A stretch of DNA of 64,000 bases from Azolla caroliniana (GCA_043228905.1 JBHGNT010000002.1:7254001-7318000); one strand, 5' to 3'. Counted from the first letter of the stretch, positions 39,195-53,625 are shown. Translations and numbers: made by a program. The notes: generated by a model not told the origin, from the sequence alone.

Positions 39195-39780
39195 AAGAAA
39201 TCATATACTTTTTTGAACATTTTTCTTGCAGATTCTTTGTTCATAAAATCATAGACTCAGAAATCATGTGCTTTTTTGGACATTTGTCTAGCAAAGTCTT
39301 TGTTCATGAAATCATAGACTCAGAAATTCTTGGCTTGGACGAGCTTTATTCATTTAGCAAATTCTTTGTTCATAAAATCATAGACTCAGAAATCGTGTAC
39401 TTTTTTGGACATTTGTCTAGCAAATTCTTTGTTCATGAAATCATAGACTCAGAAATTCTTGGCTTGGACGAGCTTTATTCATTTAGCAAATTCTTTGTTC
39501 ATGAAATCATATACTCAGAAATCGTGTACTTTTTTGGACATTTGTCTAGCAAATTCTTTGTTCATGAAATCATATAGACTCAGAAATCGTGTACTTTTTT
39601 GGACATTTGTCTAGCAAATTCTTTGTTCATGAAATCATATAGACTCAGAAATCGTGTACTTTTTTGGACATTTGTCTAGCATATTCTTTGTTCATGAAAT
39701 CATATACTTTTTTAGACATTTGTCTTAACAAATTCTTTGTTATGAAATCATATACAGAAATTCTTGGCTTGGATAAGGCA
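39195..39780. repeat. Minisatellite of about 63-66 bp with two alternating unit variants
   Basis: Core aaattctttgttcatgaaatcatagactcagaaat is followed by variant A (cgtgtacttttttggacatttgtctagc) or variant B (tcttggcttggacgagctttattcatttagc). Confidence 0.9.
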
Positions 39781-40634
39781 AAGCAGTCTATTAGGGAACC
39801 CCAACTTCAGTTTGAGGAAATAATGTATTTTTTCTGAACATATTGTAGGAAGCCATGTGTTTACTCGCACTTATTTTGTTCATCAAAATTCTATAGAAGA
39901 CATTCTTGGCTTGGACAAACTTACGACAGGCCAAAGCAACAAAACCCCACATTATTTATAGACACAGAATGAGATAAAGGAAGATTCAACGCTTTGCAAG
40001 TTATACGTGATCCATCCCTTTGTTTACTCATGAAAGTATGGCATAATTAATTACTAGTCTATTGGTTTTGCTTAACAAGGTATGAATGTTATGTTTTCCA
40101 GCTTCCATTCTTCATGGAGGGTAAAATTTGTGTACACAGAACACCATTTTGCCTCAAGTATATGTGGTGGCAGCAACTTCAGCCAAAACCCAAGAAGCAT
40201 ATGATAATCTATCAAACAAGATTTTGTTGATAGAGAGTGAGTCGGACCATCAGTTATACTGATTCCTTGGTGGATCATATAAGTATATGATAACATAAAA
40301 AGTAAGGTCTATTTTATTATTGATGTTTTCTTATCCTAAATAGGGTCAGTGAATTAAGATATAAATAATCCTTTTTACCTTGCAAGCAAGTAGTGGATGA
40401 ATTGTAAAACTAAAGCCTGAATTATTGAGAGGATCCTTATCCTTTTGCAACTTGAATGGATGTGTACTTGATTTGACACTAGAAAAGTATTCAAATAATT
40501 GTTACTTTCAAGCACAATTATTTGTTTAGCATCAAATGAGCATTAGATCTTAAGAGTGAATGGGGTGGGTTGCAATCAATGTCATTATTCAATACAAGGA
40601 AATCTTGGATTGGTTAGGAAAACCAAAACCGGAT

Positions 40635-41210
40635 ATCTAAAATTGTAATCCATTTTCTTATGATCAAAGCATATTCAGCTTCACACCTTAAAATCGCCAA
40701 GCTGACAAAAAACAAACATAGCATGCAAACTACATTAAAATTCCCACACTGTAGGATAATTACAACACTAGTGGATAGACTATTTAAAATTGTAATCCAT
40801 TTTCTTATGATCAAAGCATATTCAGCTTCACACCTTACAATCCCCAAGCTGACAAAAAAACAAACATAGCATGCAAACTACCTTAAAATTCCCAAGCTGT
40901 AGGATAATTACAACACTGGTGGATCGACTATTTAAAATTGTAATCCATTTTCTTATGATCAAAGCATATTCAGCTTCCCACCTTAAAATCTCCAAGCCAA
41001 CAAAAAACATAGAATGCAAACTACCTTAAAATTCCCAAGCTGTAGGATAATTACAACACTGGTGGATCGACTATTTAAAACTGTAATCCATTTTCTTATG
41101 ATCAAAGCATATTCAGCTTCGCACCTTAAAATCTCCAAGCCGACAAAAAACATTGCATGCAAAATACCTTAAAATTCCCAAGCTGTAGGATAATTACAAC
41201 ACTGGTGGAT
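40635..41210. repeat. Tandem repeat of about 146 bp, 4 copies
   Basis: aaaattgtaatccattttcttatgatcaaagcatattcagcttc...gtaggataattacaacact starts near 40639, 40786, 40935 and 41078. Confidence 0.92.
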
Positions 41211-42480
41211 TAAGGCAAACAGAAATACTTCACACTGCAGTTAGTACAGTAAAGCCATGTTTAATAATAAGGGAATCTAGGAACAACAGATAAAGCAGTA
41301 CAGAAAATTAGATTGTCTATTTACATGTAACATATACAAGATGATTGCTTCTTTGATTGCAAATTTACTGACATCGTACATGTACATAATCAAAGTTTAA
41401 ATGTGTCTGAGTAGGTAAAAGCTTAATGCATGGCCAGTGTCTGTTTGGCATAGATAGATTTAAGGACCCAGTAGTCAGAAAACAAGCAAGAAATTAAACA
41501 CAACATGCAATTTTGATCAATTTATGGCTTCTAACTTATATTCTATATTCTCAGTAGCGGTAATGATGTAATCCTAAAATTTAACACATTCAAAGGGAAT
41601 ATAACATAATTGGGAAACCCAAAATTCAATTGGCTCCATGTAGTGTCCAATTGCATTTCTATTGATGTTAGCTTTCATAATTCAAGACTATCAGAACATC
41701 AACAAGTTTTCACTCATGACTGTACAATTGCATTCCTATTGGTTTTTAACTTATCTTTATAATTCATGACTATCAAAATACTAACAAGTTTTGGAAAAAT
41801 GGACCGAACCTCATATTGCACAAGACATGTTTCTTGAAAGTTCATCAACATTATAAATCGTTGCCAAAGCTTTTGGGTACTGTTGTGTTGGGAACATTAT
41901 ACACAATCTATTGAGACACAGTGGAATGCCCATCTTTTTTTACATTATAACCATCACGCATACAATTTAGATGTAACAAAAAAGATCTTTTTGTTATCAA
42001 CTTTTGCTATAACTACATTCTTTGTACAACCTTTTACCTTTAACTAAAGAACAGCTAAAACCAAAAGTTTTTGAATAAGTGACAAACCCATGCAATGCAA
42101 AATCTATACCATATTAACAAAAGCTAAAAGAAAAAAATTGAGATCCCTTCAAGTCATAAGAGTAAAGAGGAACTGGGCGATGTACAACTTGTCATAAGCC
42201 ACAAAGAAAATACACTAAAGTCACTTACTAAACCAACCCTACACTTGATCTGTCCTAGATACATACCCAGCAGGAGATGAATGATCCTGACATGACCCGT
42301 CCAAGTTTCCATTCCCTTACATTAAATTGGATGCAATAGGGACTATGTGCAGCTTAAAAATCGAGGAAGATATCTGGGATTACCTTAGCATTGCTACTCT
42401 CCAGTTTCTTTAATGATTGAAGTCTTTAATCATAGAAAACCTGAAAGTATGTGTCAAAATAATGAATTTTCAAGAGCACA

Positions 42481-44570
42481 TTACCGGCCATTCAATCCAC
42501 CAGTATCTTGGTATTGCTTAAGCATGACTCTTCTGTATTCTGGACGTGCATAAAGATGTAAGTCATTAGCCAATAAACTCATCTATTAGCCTATAAAGAT
42601 AGAATTCATTAGCCTACTAACTCTCACCCTCTGGGTTAACCCATAATGCTGCAGCATAACTATTCAAGGGGCTGTCATTGTTGGGCTCTGCATCATGAAT
42701 TATGAATCATTAATTAGGCTAGATCAAGACAAGCTAATGAAATATTATAATAAAAATAAGCGATAAGGGAATAACCTCCTAAGAGACTTTGAATTGACAA
42801 AAGAATTGTTCTCACATCGTATGCTGATGACCATTTGTCCTGTAAAAAGGAATCACGTCTCAATGACATTGTGTTCTACAGTCCATGGAGATGATAGTTA
42901 ACCAGACACTTACCTGAAGTATGTCTAGACATATGTTGCCATATTGATCGACATTTGGATGGAAACATGGAGTATCAAACTTGATAGTAGGCGGTTTAAA
43001 TGGGTATTCTGTTGGAAACTTCATTGAGAGTTTGTATGACAAGCCATCATAAACAGTTGCTGCACAGCCTTTGATGGTGCCAACCCATAAGAAGATATTG
43101 TTACCCTCAGGAAACGCTGAGATGCCAGGATCCCCAGATGTCTGTTGAATGCAAGAATCTACAGAATATTACAATATTGACCTACAGAAGAATCAAAGAG
43201 CTGAAGAAAGCTGGTAAAGAGGTAAGCTTACCATCAGTGCCATTAGCTCTGATTGCAACCTGGAAAAATGAACGCCGAAAGAGTCAAACAATAATAGTAA
43301 CAATGATGATGATAGACGAAACATGAGCTTCTTACAACTTAGAGACTTGAACATGTTCCAGAAACTTAACACAATTGGCAATTTAAATCATTTAGCAACC
43401 CAGGGAATAAATCATAGTTTTGTGATCAATGAATAATCATTCAGAAGTAGTATTTTCAATTCAAATATTTTCAGTTATGATGCCATGTTCTCAAACATTT
43501 CTAACAGGAATTAATCCAGTTTAAAGAAAAACCATTTAGCACAGCATATACAAACTAATTGTGTTATGTATAGACATGTCGAAAGCAAAATTTCGAAAAA
43601 ATGGAGCATGTAAAACGAATTATTCTGATTAGCCTGGAGAAGATGGGCAGATTAATTTTTTATTGTTTTACCGTTTGATAGGATATAATGCAATTGGAAA
43701 ACAATATCATATAAAACAGACAGTAATTAGTATAATAGATGCAAAAATGTTCATTTATGAATTAAGAAAAACAAGTGTGCACATAATATGGGTCATTCTG
43801 GGTGAAATTGATATGATGGGAAGACACCACTCTTGCTAAGGCAAGATGAAGATAAGGTTACTCAACTTTTGATCTATCCCTACATATTTCTACATTGATT
43901 CTCCCTCAAAATAGGAATAAATCAAATAATCAAAGCACCAAAATGAATGTAAAGTAAGTAGATAATTCGTCTGCTAAGTATCAAAATCATATGACAGAAA
44001 TAGGTGCGTTTAATAGCTTTATATGATATATTGATACATCATACTGACCTCCAGTATAGATGATACATACATCAGATCATATGCTAGAGTTGCAATCCTT
44101 TTATGTAACTGTTTTCATTCTCGTCTCCAATAAACACATGCATACATTTCACATATGAGACTTTTACTGAATACATTTCTAGTCCCTCTCCCCTCTTGCA
44201 CACAGAAACAGACATATATACATGCAGGTATACACTTCTTGGTGAAATATGACCACATAAATGCCCAGAATTCTACATATAGACATACGTGGGCGGGCAT
44301 CAAAGCGTAGATATTTCCTGAATAAAATCCCCTCTTTCTCTCATTTATATAGGCATGAATCTTTACTCGGAGAGATCTGGTCATTATCATAAAAACCATC
44401 TCATCTACACTACGTGGGGGAAACGCCGGGAAGAAGCCACTTAACCTTCTGGAGACAGAGTGCGTTTCCACAGAGTGGGACATGGATTTGGTCTGCTTGG
44501 CAGCAGCGACGGCAGCATTCCCTTGGTGAGGAGGGGGGCTGGCTTCTACGCTTCCATCCAAGTTCATCAT
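42481..44570 (-). CDS. UBC20: Ubiquitin-conjugating enzyme E2-C type (UBC19/UBC20, UBE2C-like), 187 aa, 6 exons
   Basis: Exons 44570-44446, 43259-43232, 43141-42914, 42839-42776, 42687-42628 and 42539-42481, all GT-AG, total 564 nt. Motifs [32 protein letters not shown]...[33 protein letters not shown]. Confidence 0.92.
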
Positions 44571-44667
44571 GATCGGTCGATTAGATACACAGACGAGGGA
44601 ATAAACACGACAGAGATCACTCCCCGGTTCTCCTTCCGTTATCGTTCGACAGCAGGGATCCCTGTTG

Positions 44668-44691
44668 TTAGGGTTAGGGTTAGGGTTAGGG
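44668..44691. repeat. (TTAGGG)4 telomere-like/telo-box tract about 100 bp upstream of the UBC start codon
   Basis: ttagggttagggttagggttaggg read directly. Confidence 0.85.
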
Positions 44692-44808
44692 TACGAGGAG
44701 GACAGGGCAGGGCAAGGCAGGAATGGGAATGGGAATGGATGCAACCACTGCTTATTAACACTTTCCCCTATGCAGCAGGGATGGTGTTGGGTTCTTCTGT
44801 CTTTCTTC

Positions 44809-44840
<32 letters not shown>

Positions 44841-45059
44841 GCTGTCTTCTGTCTGTCTGTCTGTCTGTGTGTATGGATGGATTGGGCCTGCTCTGCTGCC
44901 TGCAGATGCTCTGTTTCTGTTGCCTTTTCTTTTATGTCTCTTTGTTTTTTGGGTTTGGAGGTGTAAGTAAGAAAGAGGGGGGTGTGTCTTTTCATTCGAG
45001 AGAGACAGGGGAGCCTCTGGCATGGACCCTCCGATTAACGGAAACCCGAGACTCTTGTT

Positions 45060-45465
45060 CCGTCACTTGGGTTACTAATCCCATTTCATCTTGTTTAATC
45101 GCTTGCCTATTAATCCATCGCATTCGTGTGTTTTGTCACTGGGTTACTAATCCGTAGCATCATGTGTTTCGTCACTCGGTCAAATCATCCATCACTTCGT
45201 GTTTAGTCACTAGGTCACTAATCCATCACATCGTGTTTAGTCACTTGGTTACTAATCCATCACATCGCATGTTTAGCAGCTTGCTTACTAACCCATCGCA
45301 TCGTTTTCTAGTCATTTGCTCATTAATCCATCGCATCGTGTTTAGTCACTTGGTTACTAATCCATGCATTCTGTTCAGTCACATGGTTACTAATCCATAG
45401 CACCATGTTTAGTCACGTGGTTACTAATCCATTGCATTGTGTTTAGTCACTTGGTTACTAAGCCC
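45060..45465. repeat. Minisatellite of about 33-35 bp, about 12 degenerate copies
   Basis: Consensus-like gtgtttagtcacttggttactaatccatcgcatc repeated between the UBC promoter and the thioesterase 3' end. Confidence 0.85.
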
Positions 45466-46885
45466 CTCAATTAAGCTTTGCCCCTTATCGTTGCCTTTTC
45501 TCAACTATATTATTAGCGGTCTTTGTTATCCTTTTTGCCCTTTGGAATTACTTTATATCCCCTCAAATATCTGATTGCGATACGTACTTCTAGAAAAAAC
45601 GTACAATTCACATTGCTTGAGAATTAATGACATGCCTATAACTACACCAAGTATAATGTAATTTATTTTGATAGTCCTCGTGTATGGTCTATGTTTGTGG
45701 AAAATAAGCCAAATTGGCCAGATATAATTATAAGTTTTAAGAGTATGGAAAACATAGTTGTAAGTTCTCTTTTCAGCCGTAGTTTTTAATCATATAATGA
45801 TAAGTTCTGTTTAGTTGTGAGTTTCAATCATAGCTCAACATTATGTTGGATCTTAACATTCATGAACTTCTTACACTTATTCATTTGCAATTTGAGCAGC
45901 CAAATTTGCTGGCAATAAAATCCACACTAAGCCAATCTTTAAATGTTCATTTTCCCACTTCATTAACTATTGGCGATTCCAAGGTCAATAAAGTAAAAGC
46001 TACTCTTCTCTTGAGTGAGCAAATTCATGCTGCTTCTTTAACAATTGGCACTCTAAGCTCAATCTAGATTTACCTAATGGAGATATTCCTTGTCTTCAAT
46101 GACCAACTAAAAGCTACTCTTCTTGACTGCGTCAATTCATGCAAAACTTTTTGCCCGACATGAGGCTTCAAGGATGCCTTCATGACCAAGGCCACCTCAA
46201 AACTTGAATAAGACAAATGATGTCAATACCTGAATATAGTTGTACATTGTGTGACCTCAAAAATTCTCTGCTAACCTTCCTACTAGTGATGATACCTCCT
46301 CCACAAATGAGAGATAGGCCTGAGTCTACGATGAACATTGTCCACATTTGTCTTCATCGAAACACTAAACACATCCCTGTTGTGTTTTTAAGCTAGAGCT
46401 TCCCTCACTACAAGATGAGAACAATCATCATTTGTTTGATGTACAACATCAGGCAGACGTAAAAACTCGGGGAATCATTATGACATGTATATATATCCTT
46501 GTACATTAAGTTGAGCCACATTGCCAAAAATGGATAGTGTACACAAATAGTGTCCAGATGGAATCAATATTGTGATATTTTAACTCTTAATTTGTTCCTA
46601 TGATTGTTTGGTGGTGCTACCTAAAATATTTATGTGCAAGCATCAGTAAACCAAAAATTTATTGATTATATTTTGGCAGATTTATCTCCTTTCTCAGAAT
46701 TGTGCAGTTTGGTGCCAGGAATCTGGATCTGAAATCATAGTTAAATTAAGTGTCGTCACTGTGTACGTAGGCAACCGGTATAATTTGAGATAAATATACG
46801 ATTACACAGGCATAAATAGCTCTAACTGAATTTTAAAAAAAGGAAATATTGAATCAAGTAGTCGAATTTGTCAGCTGGATGTGAT

Positions 46886-49800
46886 CTAGCCTTCTAGCTT
46901 CAGCTTCAATTTGAAAAATGCACAGATATCATTCATCTCAGTTGGAGAAGTATAATGGCCCATCCTGAAGTATGAACATTGTAAGGCATTAAACATAAGC
47001 TCACACTTACCAACAACATTAAGCCTATGATCTACGTTGCTCAAAATCTTTCTCCTCAAGAATACAAACAACCCACTAAACTTCCACAATTTTCCTTCGT
47101 TTGAAGCAAACCACAAGTTCTCATAGAGATGTCTCACATAACCTACCCCTTGTAAGTCTTGAAGGTGACGTCGCTAAATCCAACTGATTGAAGATAAGCA
47201 GCAGACTTCTCCCCAAATTTGAACAGCACAATATCATCACCTAGAAAAACAAGCCAGGGCATAAGTTGGAAATATGCCAGTACAAGAATCTCATCCTACA
47301 ACACATCGAAATTCTAACTGATTTTCAATTAATCAGGTGTTGCCAGTTCTTATTACTTGTGCCATGGCCAAAGAAAAAGGGCAGCTGTTTCTGTTGGTTT
47401 GAGACATCGGTATTTTCACGAAGACGATTTTCTACATTTCTGATAGAGCACAACAAGAAATCCATAAATTGCTTGAAAACGGAGGGATTAGAAAGCATAA
47501 CAACAGAACCAATCTACTTTTGTGCAGGAAGCCAGCCACTGATTGCGGTACAAATGTTGATCTTGCATGGAAAATCGACAACACCATTCCCATACTTTCC
47601 AGTCACTGAGCAAATACTGGTATACAAGCTCGTTGCGGCACCCTGACTAAAGCCCCCAACTCCCAGCTTTACTGCACACCAGAAAATAGCCAAGAAACAT
47701 CAAAATAGAGCATCATGAACCACGCACAAGCTGAGTGTAACAAGTTGCGAATTTGAAGTAGCTTTAGGAGATCGAAGAGATCCTGTTATTCATATATGCA
47801 AATTACATATAATGTAGCTACACAGACGCATTATATTCATACAAGGCTAGCATCCTGATCCTTCAAAAAAGACCTAAGAGACATTATCACAGTATGCCAC
47901 AAAATGGGAAGAACGGAAGTTTGCATCAGATGAAGGATCCCAACATTATAGATTTTACCCTTTGTAGAAATGAATTATCGTGGAACATTAATATAACATC
48001 CAAACAGCATCTTTAGAACATATTAGGAGATCGTTGACACAAGAAACAAACAGAAGCGATATTAGATGCCACCCCAAGACATGCATATATTAAAAGAGCA
48101 CACACACAGAGAACACTGGAAATTAAAAGGTACAGGTTTCTCTTTAAGCTAATATGTTCTAAATGTTTTACAGTTTAGAATCTGATAGTTAAACGTTCAA
48201 GTGAGATTGCTAAAAACATTTCGTAATTTTTTAGAATTTGGAAGACATAGAAAGTTCTTATTTATTAACTTATTTATGTTTTAAGAAGTTTTAGTGGGAA
48301 AATATGTTAATGTATAACAAGTAGAGGATCTTACTGCCTGATGACTCTTTGGATAAGAGTTCGGCAACATGTGCAGCTGAAAGATCCAGTCCCTCTAAGT
48401 CAACTAGTCCTTCTTCAGAAAGTGATCCTACATCGAACCCTGAAAAGAATTGTTTTTCATTCAACTGAGAATAAAGTCGGCATTTCAATCCAACTTATTA
48501 GTCGTAAATCGACATTCACGTTATCATTATCTCTTACTCCAAATGTTATAATCATTATAGGAGTCTCTCTTCATGTAGAGCATATTCAGACAACACACCA
48601 CTTACATGCATTGCATGGAAAACCTCCCATCACAGCTACAGGCTGAATAGGAGCAGTAGGGACAATCCACTTAATCTGCAAATCAAACATCAAATATCAT
48701 CACTAAATCCACTGAACTGAAATCTGATTATCCATGCCATGAATATGAAAATACATAGGGTAAATATAAAGTTAGATCACAATCACTGTGCTCCCTAATA
48801 TTGTACATTTTGGAGTGGCAGGTCCTTCAAAGCATCTGCCCAGCTGCAAAAACAATGTCTTACAAATCAAAATTCCATTCGTTGGATAGCATTTCATCCT
48901 TTCTCACAAGTTCTAAATTTCATTTAAATATGATATTTATGTTAATATAACTTTATTTATTTTAGACAAAATAAAAATCCAAATCAACCCATGAAATGAA
49001 AATGTGAAAACTACAGCATCAAGTTCTTTCAAAATATCAGTTTTGGCCTCAAGAAACAGGGTGGACCCTGAGCTTTATGTATATGCTAACCTTCCTATGG
49101 CTTACAGTGAATCATCAAGTGGAGTTTGCAACAGAGGAAATCCTCAATTTCTTGTTTTGTCATACCATAGAATTGTACAGAGAATCACAAACTGATGTAA
49201 AAATAAAGGAAACATTTCAAGGTCAAGAGTTTGCAATGATGAAGTTGCTCAATTGCTTATTTTTCCATATCCCATGAGTTATAATAGCATTGTACACAGA
49301 GGAACACTAACTGATGGAGAATGAAGGTGACAATTTTAGGTGATAGACTTCATAAACATTACAAGAATGTGTACAATAACATTTTTCTCATGGAACATTC
49401 ATTCTGTTCCAAAAGTGTGATAGACTTCATAAATATTAAAAGAACGTGTACAATGACATTTTTTTTCATGTAACCAGCAGGATGTGCACTCCAGACAACA
49501 GTCAATTGGTAGTCCTCGAAGATTCACCAATAGGTTATAGGTGGCCACTACTGACAGGGGTCAAGCCCTCAATTTATGCATATTCACCTACTCGCTGATA
49601 AGATGTTATGGACATCTAGGGAGGGAAATATTATTTAAGGCCAATGATAGTCAATAGATGTCTAAAACAAGAAGTTTAGGGGTTAGTCTGAGTAGTAGAA
49701 AATCCTTCGGGGGATACTCCAAAGGACAGAGGGCATGAATGGGTAGTATGCCAGTAGTCAGTCAAGCTGTGAGAGGAGGAACTAAGGAATAGAGAAGACT

Positions 49801-51498
49801 GATTACTCCGCCATGTGTAGGGATAGAATGTATGGGAGCATCTTGTACGAATGCATGTGTAAGGAACATATCCCGTCTGGGAAGCTTCCCCTTACAGCGT
49901 GGGAAAGTGTGAAGGAGAGGAATTAATAGAAGAACCACGGCAACCACCTTGCTAGAACTTGACTGCCAACCAAACGCATGCATTGACCCACCACTGGCAC
50001 TGCCCAATCCAGAACATCTCACTGATTAAATGTCTAGATTGAGATAGACTATCCAAACCTAATAGCTTGGGTCCTTGCCCCTATAAGCCACAAGGTCAGG
50101 AGTCCAACTCCTATCCTCACCCATTTCCATGAATGGCAGCTTGAACCCCATTAACATCAATATATATATATATATATATATAGTTGGTCAGTCTTCATTG
50201 TCATTCAGAACCAGACATGAAAATTTTGACAGTGATGTCCCCATTCCCATCATTCTCAACATTCATTCTTTGACCCACCAACTCTGTACCAACATATATT
50301 CTTATCAATCATTTTTTCACTCTTATCTAGCTAGACACTGCCTGCCCTTGATCATCATCCGCAAGAAAGGGGTGTATATACTGTAACCCAATCAAACTAC
50401 TATTCTTCACCAGCAGATTTAGTAACATTTAATGCAACATAGCCCTTAATATCCATAAACATAACAATGAACAAGTAGATCCATGATAGATAGTGATTCA
50501 CACACTTTAAATGGAATGCATTTATTTATATATCACCCTAATCTAGAACATGAATTCAATATATTGCGATCAAGCGTTATAGCACCATACCTATTAACAT
50601 CTTAAGAACATGTTTTGAATGAACTGCAGAGAAGTAAACCCGAATCTGGGATTTGATTTCAAATATACTAGGACACAATATTAGAGCACAGTTTACAGTA
50701 CCACATATCCAAGACCATGGAATACATTGATGTGAATCCCTAAAATACAACCACGTCCAAGCTCATGTTTTGAAATGGAATGCACTGGTGTGAACCCCTA
50801 AAATACAACCATCTCACAGGACCATGTTTTGAAATGGAATGCACTGATGTGAAACCTAGATATAAACCTCTGCAAGGCCATATTCTGAAACAGAATAAAA
50901 TGGAATGAAACCCTTCGATGCAAATGCCTCCCAAGTCCATGTTTTTTAAAAAGGTTTTGGAACCATAATGGATTCAACCTATACTAAGATAGAGAGCATG
51001 TAGGGCACTATACCTGGCACCAACATCTCCAAGGCCATGTAGCCAAACAACGGTGGCTAAATGCTCTCCTTTTGGCTGAATCACATGAGTGGTGCCAAAT
51101 TGAAGCTTCTTGCTATTCTGGATTTCTGTCAAGAGAGTGAAACAGCATTACAGACAAAAGGAAGAGGAAGACTTCAGGGATTCTACCCCCTCAGGAACTA
51201 TGTACTGCAGGGGGGGGGAGAGGTAATGTGTGGGAACTTTTTTTTTAAAATCGATACAAATGAATGGGAGAAAAATAAAATCAGTGGGAGTTGTTGTTAG
51301 GGGTATATGTATGTTGTTTTTATTTCTAAATTTTTATTTTTATTTATTTTTTATTTTTTACAATTCTGCTGATCGAAAACGAAGGAAGGAACAAGAGAAA
51401 TGGCGGGCGGAGGGAAGAGGAAACTGACTGGAAGAAATGGGTGTGGCTGAGGAGGAGGAGGAGGAGGAGGAGGAACCCTGTGCTGCAGATGAATCCAT
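46886..51498 (-). CDS. Acyl-protein thioesterase / lysophospholipase-carboxylesterase (Abhydrolase_2 type), about 267 aa, 9 exons
   Basis: Exons 51498-51429 (tentative), 51125-51014, 48843-48807, 48675-48606, 48439-48335, 47671-47518, 47439-47357, 47240-47147 and 46964-46886; GT-AG, phases consistent, 804 nt. Motifs VWLHGLGD, KWIVPTAP, WFDV, GFSQG (Ser), HGTSDDIV (Asp), MGHYT (His). Confidence 0.9.
50710..50945. repeat. Degenerate tandem repeat of about 60 bp in a thioesterase intron
   Basis: catgttttgaaatggaatgcactgatgtgaa...ctaaaatacaacc recurs about four times. Confidence 0.7.
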
Positions 51499-51954
51499 GG
51501 TGATGAGTCGTGAGGAGGAGGAGGAGGAAGAAGTAGGAATGGCAGATGAGGGGGAGAGGAGGAAGCGATGCGGCTTCTGCTGCAGGCGGCGAGCAGATGG
51601 AATGAGAAGAGCGGCAGAAGCAGGGCTTCCTCTGCTACAGCTTCTGCTTCTGCTTCTGTTTCTGGTTGTAGAGAGGAAGAAGGAGAAGGAGAAGGAGAAG
51701 GAGAAGAAAAGGCCCCCCCCAAATGTGGAGGACGACAGCATATCTGTCTTATTTTGCTCAGTAATCAGACACCAAACCAAAGATTAAACAAATACTACTT
51801 ACATTTTATATATATGTGCCTGCTGACTTCTTCTTTCTTCTTTCTTCTCACAATCAATCCAATGGCCCACACCTCACTCACCGCCCGCCCGCCCGCCCGC
51901 CCGCCCTCACTTGGCCGGCATAACGGCTTCTCTTCTTGCCCAACCTTCTCCCCC

Positions 51955-52292
51955 CCCACCCGATCGATGTCTCCCATCTCGGACGTTATTAACCAACCTG
52001 TCATGTCTCTCCTGAATGAGCCGTGAAAAATGGCAAATACAAATGAATCACTAAGAGGGTGTACCAGAGACCCGACACCATTGGTGTCTCCTCAGTCCTG
52101 GCTTCTTCTTCTTCTTCTTTTTCTCCCCCCATCGATGCGTCCCGTCTCGGACGTTATTAACCAACCTGTCATGTCTCTCCCAAATGAGCCGTGAAAAATG
52201 GCAAATACGAATGAATCACTAAGAGGGCGTACCAGAGACCCGACATCATTGGTGTCTCCTTAGTCCTGGCTTTTTCTTCTTCTTCTTTTTCT
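51955..52292. repeat. 168-bp tandem duplication upstream of the thioesterase gene
   Basis: atcgatg...ctcggacgttattaaccaacctgtcatgtctctcc...ttggtgtctcct starts at 51963 and 52131. Confidence 0.9.
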
Positions 52293-53572
52293 GCCATCCC
52301 AAATTTGCTACATATGAAGAGATGACCACCATTCAACCATAACAAGTGTTTGCCACGAGTATTCCATAACATGCACGATCGAAGATTGATCGTGTGCTTT
52401 TTGCATTTGGGGTTGTGAAGAACTGGAGAATATAATTCTATAAAGGGCTGAATGCATATAAGCAAATGAATAGATCAAGTAAAATATGTATGTGAGAGAG
52501 AGGGAGAGGGAGAGAGACCGTTCAACACCAAAGAACATAAGGTAGATTAAGCAAGATGGGGGAATATTCCAATGAAGTTGCACGTAATATTAAATGAAAA
52601 CCAACTATAATTAACAATGCAAACTACATGTAAATCAACATTTTCTACAAAAGAGGGAGGCTTGGTGTTTATATAGAACTTATACAGAAGTATGCACAGA
52701 AGTTAGGAACAATCAAGTAAGGATGGAGAGTGAGCGAGACATCTAAGCTATCTACTTTATGCATTCGATGCAAGAAGACGAGACAGAACTCTATCTCATA
52801 GTGTACTTATGATTTGTAACAAAAAGAAATGGAAATATATACATCATCAACACTATTGTAGCTTACCATGGCATTGAATCACGAATGAACCCAATCACCA
52901 ATAAATATTTTTCTCATAGAAAAAAAGGAACAAAAGACAAATAACACATCTATCATAAAAAGGTTGAGATGAACTTTTGAGGATACCCTTCCACAACATC
53001 TCCACCTCTACACTATCCTCGAGCTTAAATAAGCCATAATTATCATTGTTTCCAATAAAACGTCCTTTTGTGCCTCATTAGGAACTTCACAATGCTTGGC
53101 CAAAATACTCTTCCTCTTCCTCTATCCCTCTCTTGGTTTGCAATCCATTTCCTTTTGAGAACAAGTGACAACTTTGAAACACAAACTACAACGCCCACTT
53201 TTCCGCGCACGGTGATGCGACCGATGTAGTAGACATTCTCAAATTGTATAGATGGAGATATATTGATTTTATTATTGTCTTCGGAGGTCAATTATGACCT
53301 ATGACAACAAAAATATAACATTTTCATGTAATACATCGAGAAAGTGGGTAGTGACTTGTGATGTTCAAGAACTTTGCTAATGAATGTCGCAATTGAGAGT
53401 GCACATTATGATTGTGAGAGGAATTCGTACAAGGATTGGGTTTGGTCAAAGATGTGTGGACAACATAGTCGGATGTGATCATAGGCAACACATTGTTTCA
53501 AAGTGCATTACTTAGACTCTGAAACTTGTTTAGGGCAAAAGTGTGCATAGTTGATGACTCTCAATCACTCGT

Positions 53573-53625
<53 letters not shown>

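Noticed and set aside
39195-39780. CRISPR-like repeat-spacer appearance
   Set aside because: Only two 'spacer' types, themselves repeated; eukaryotic context and no cas genes. It is a minisatellite.
44115-45023. 302-aa ORF as a single-exon gene
   Set aside because: It is UBC exon 1 plus microsatellite-rich upstream sequence and intron read-through.
45060-45465. ~34-bp periodic array as CRISPR
   Set aside because: Head-to-tail degenerate units with no unique spacers.
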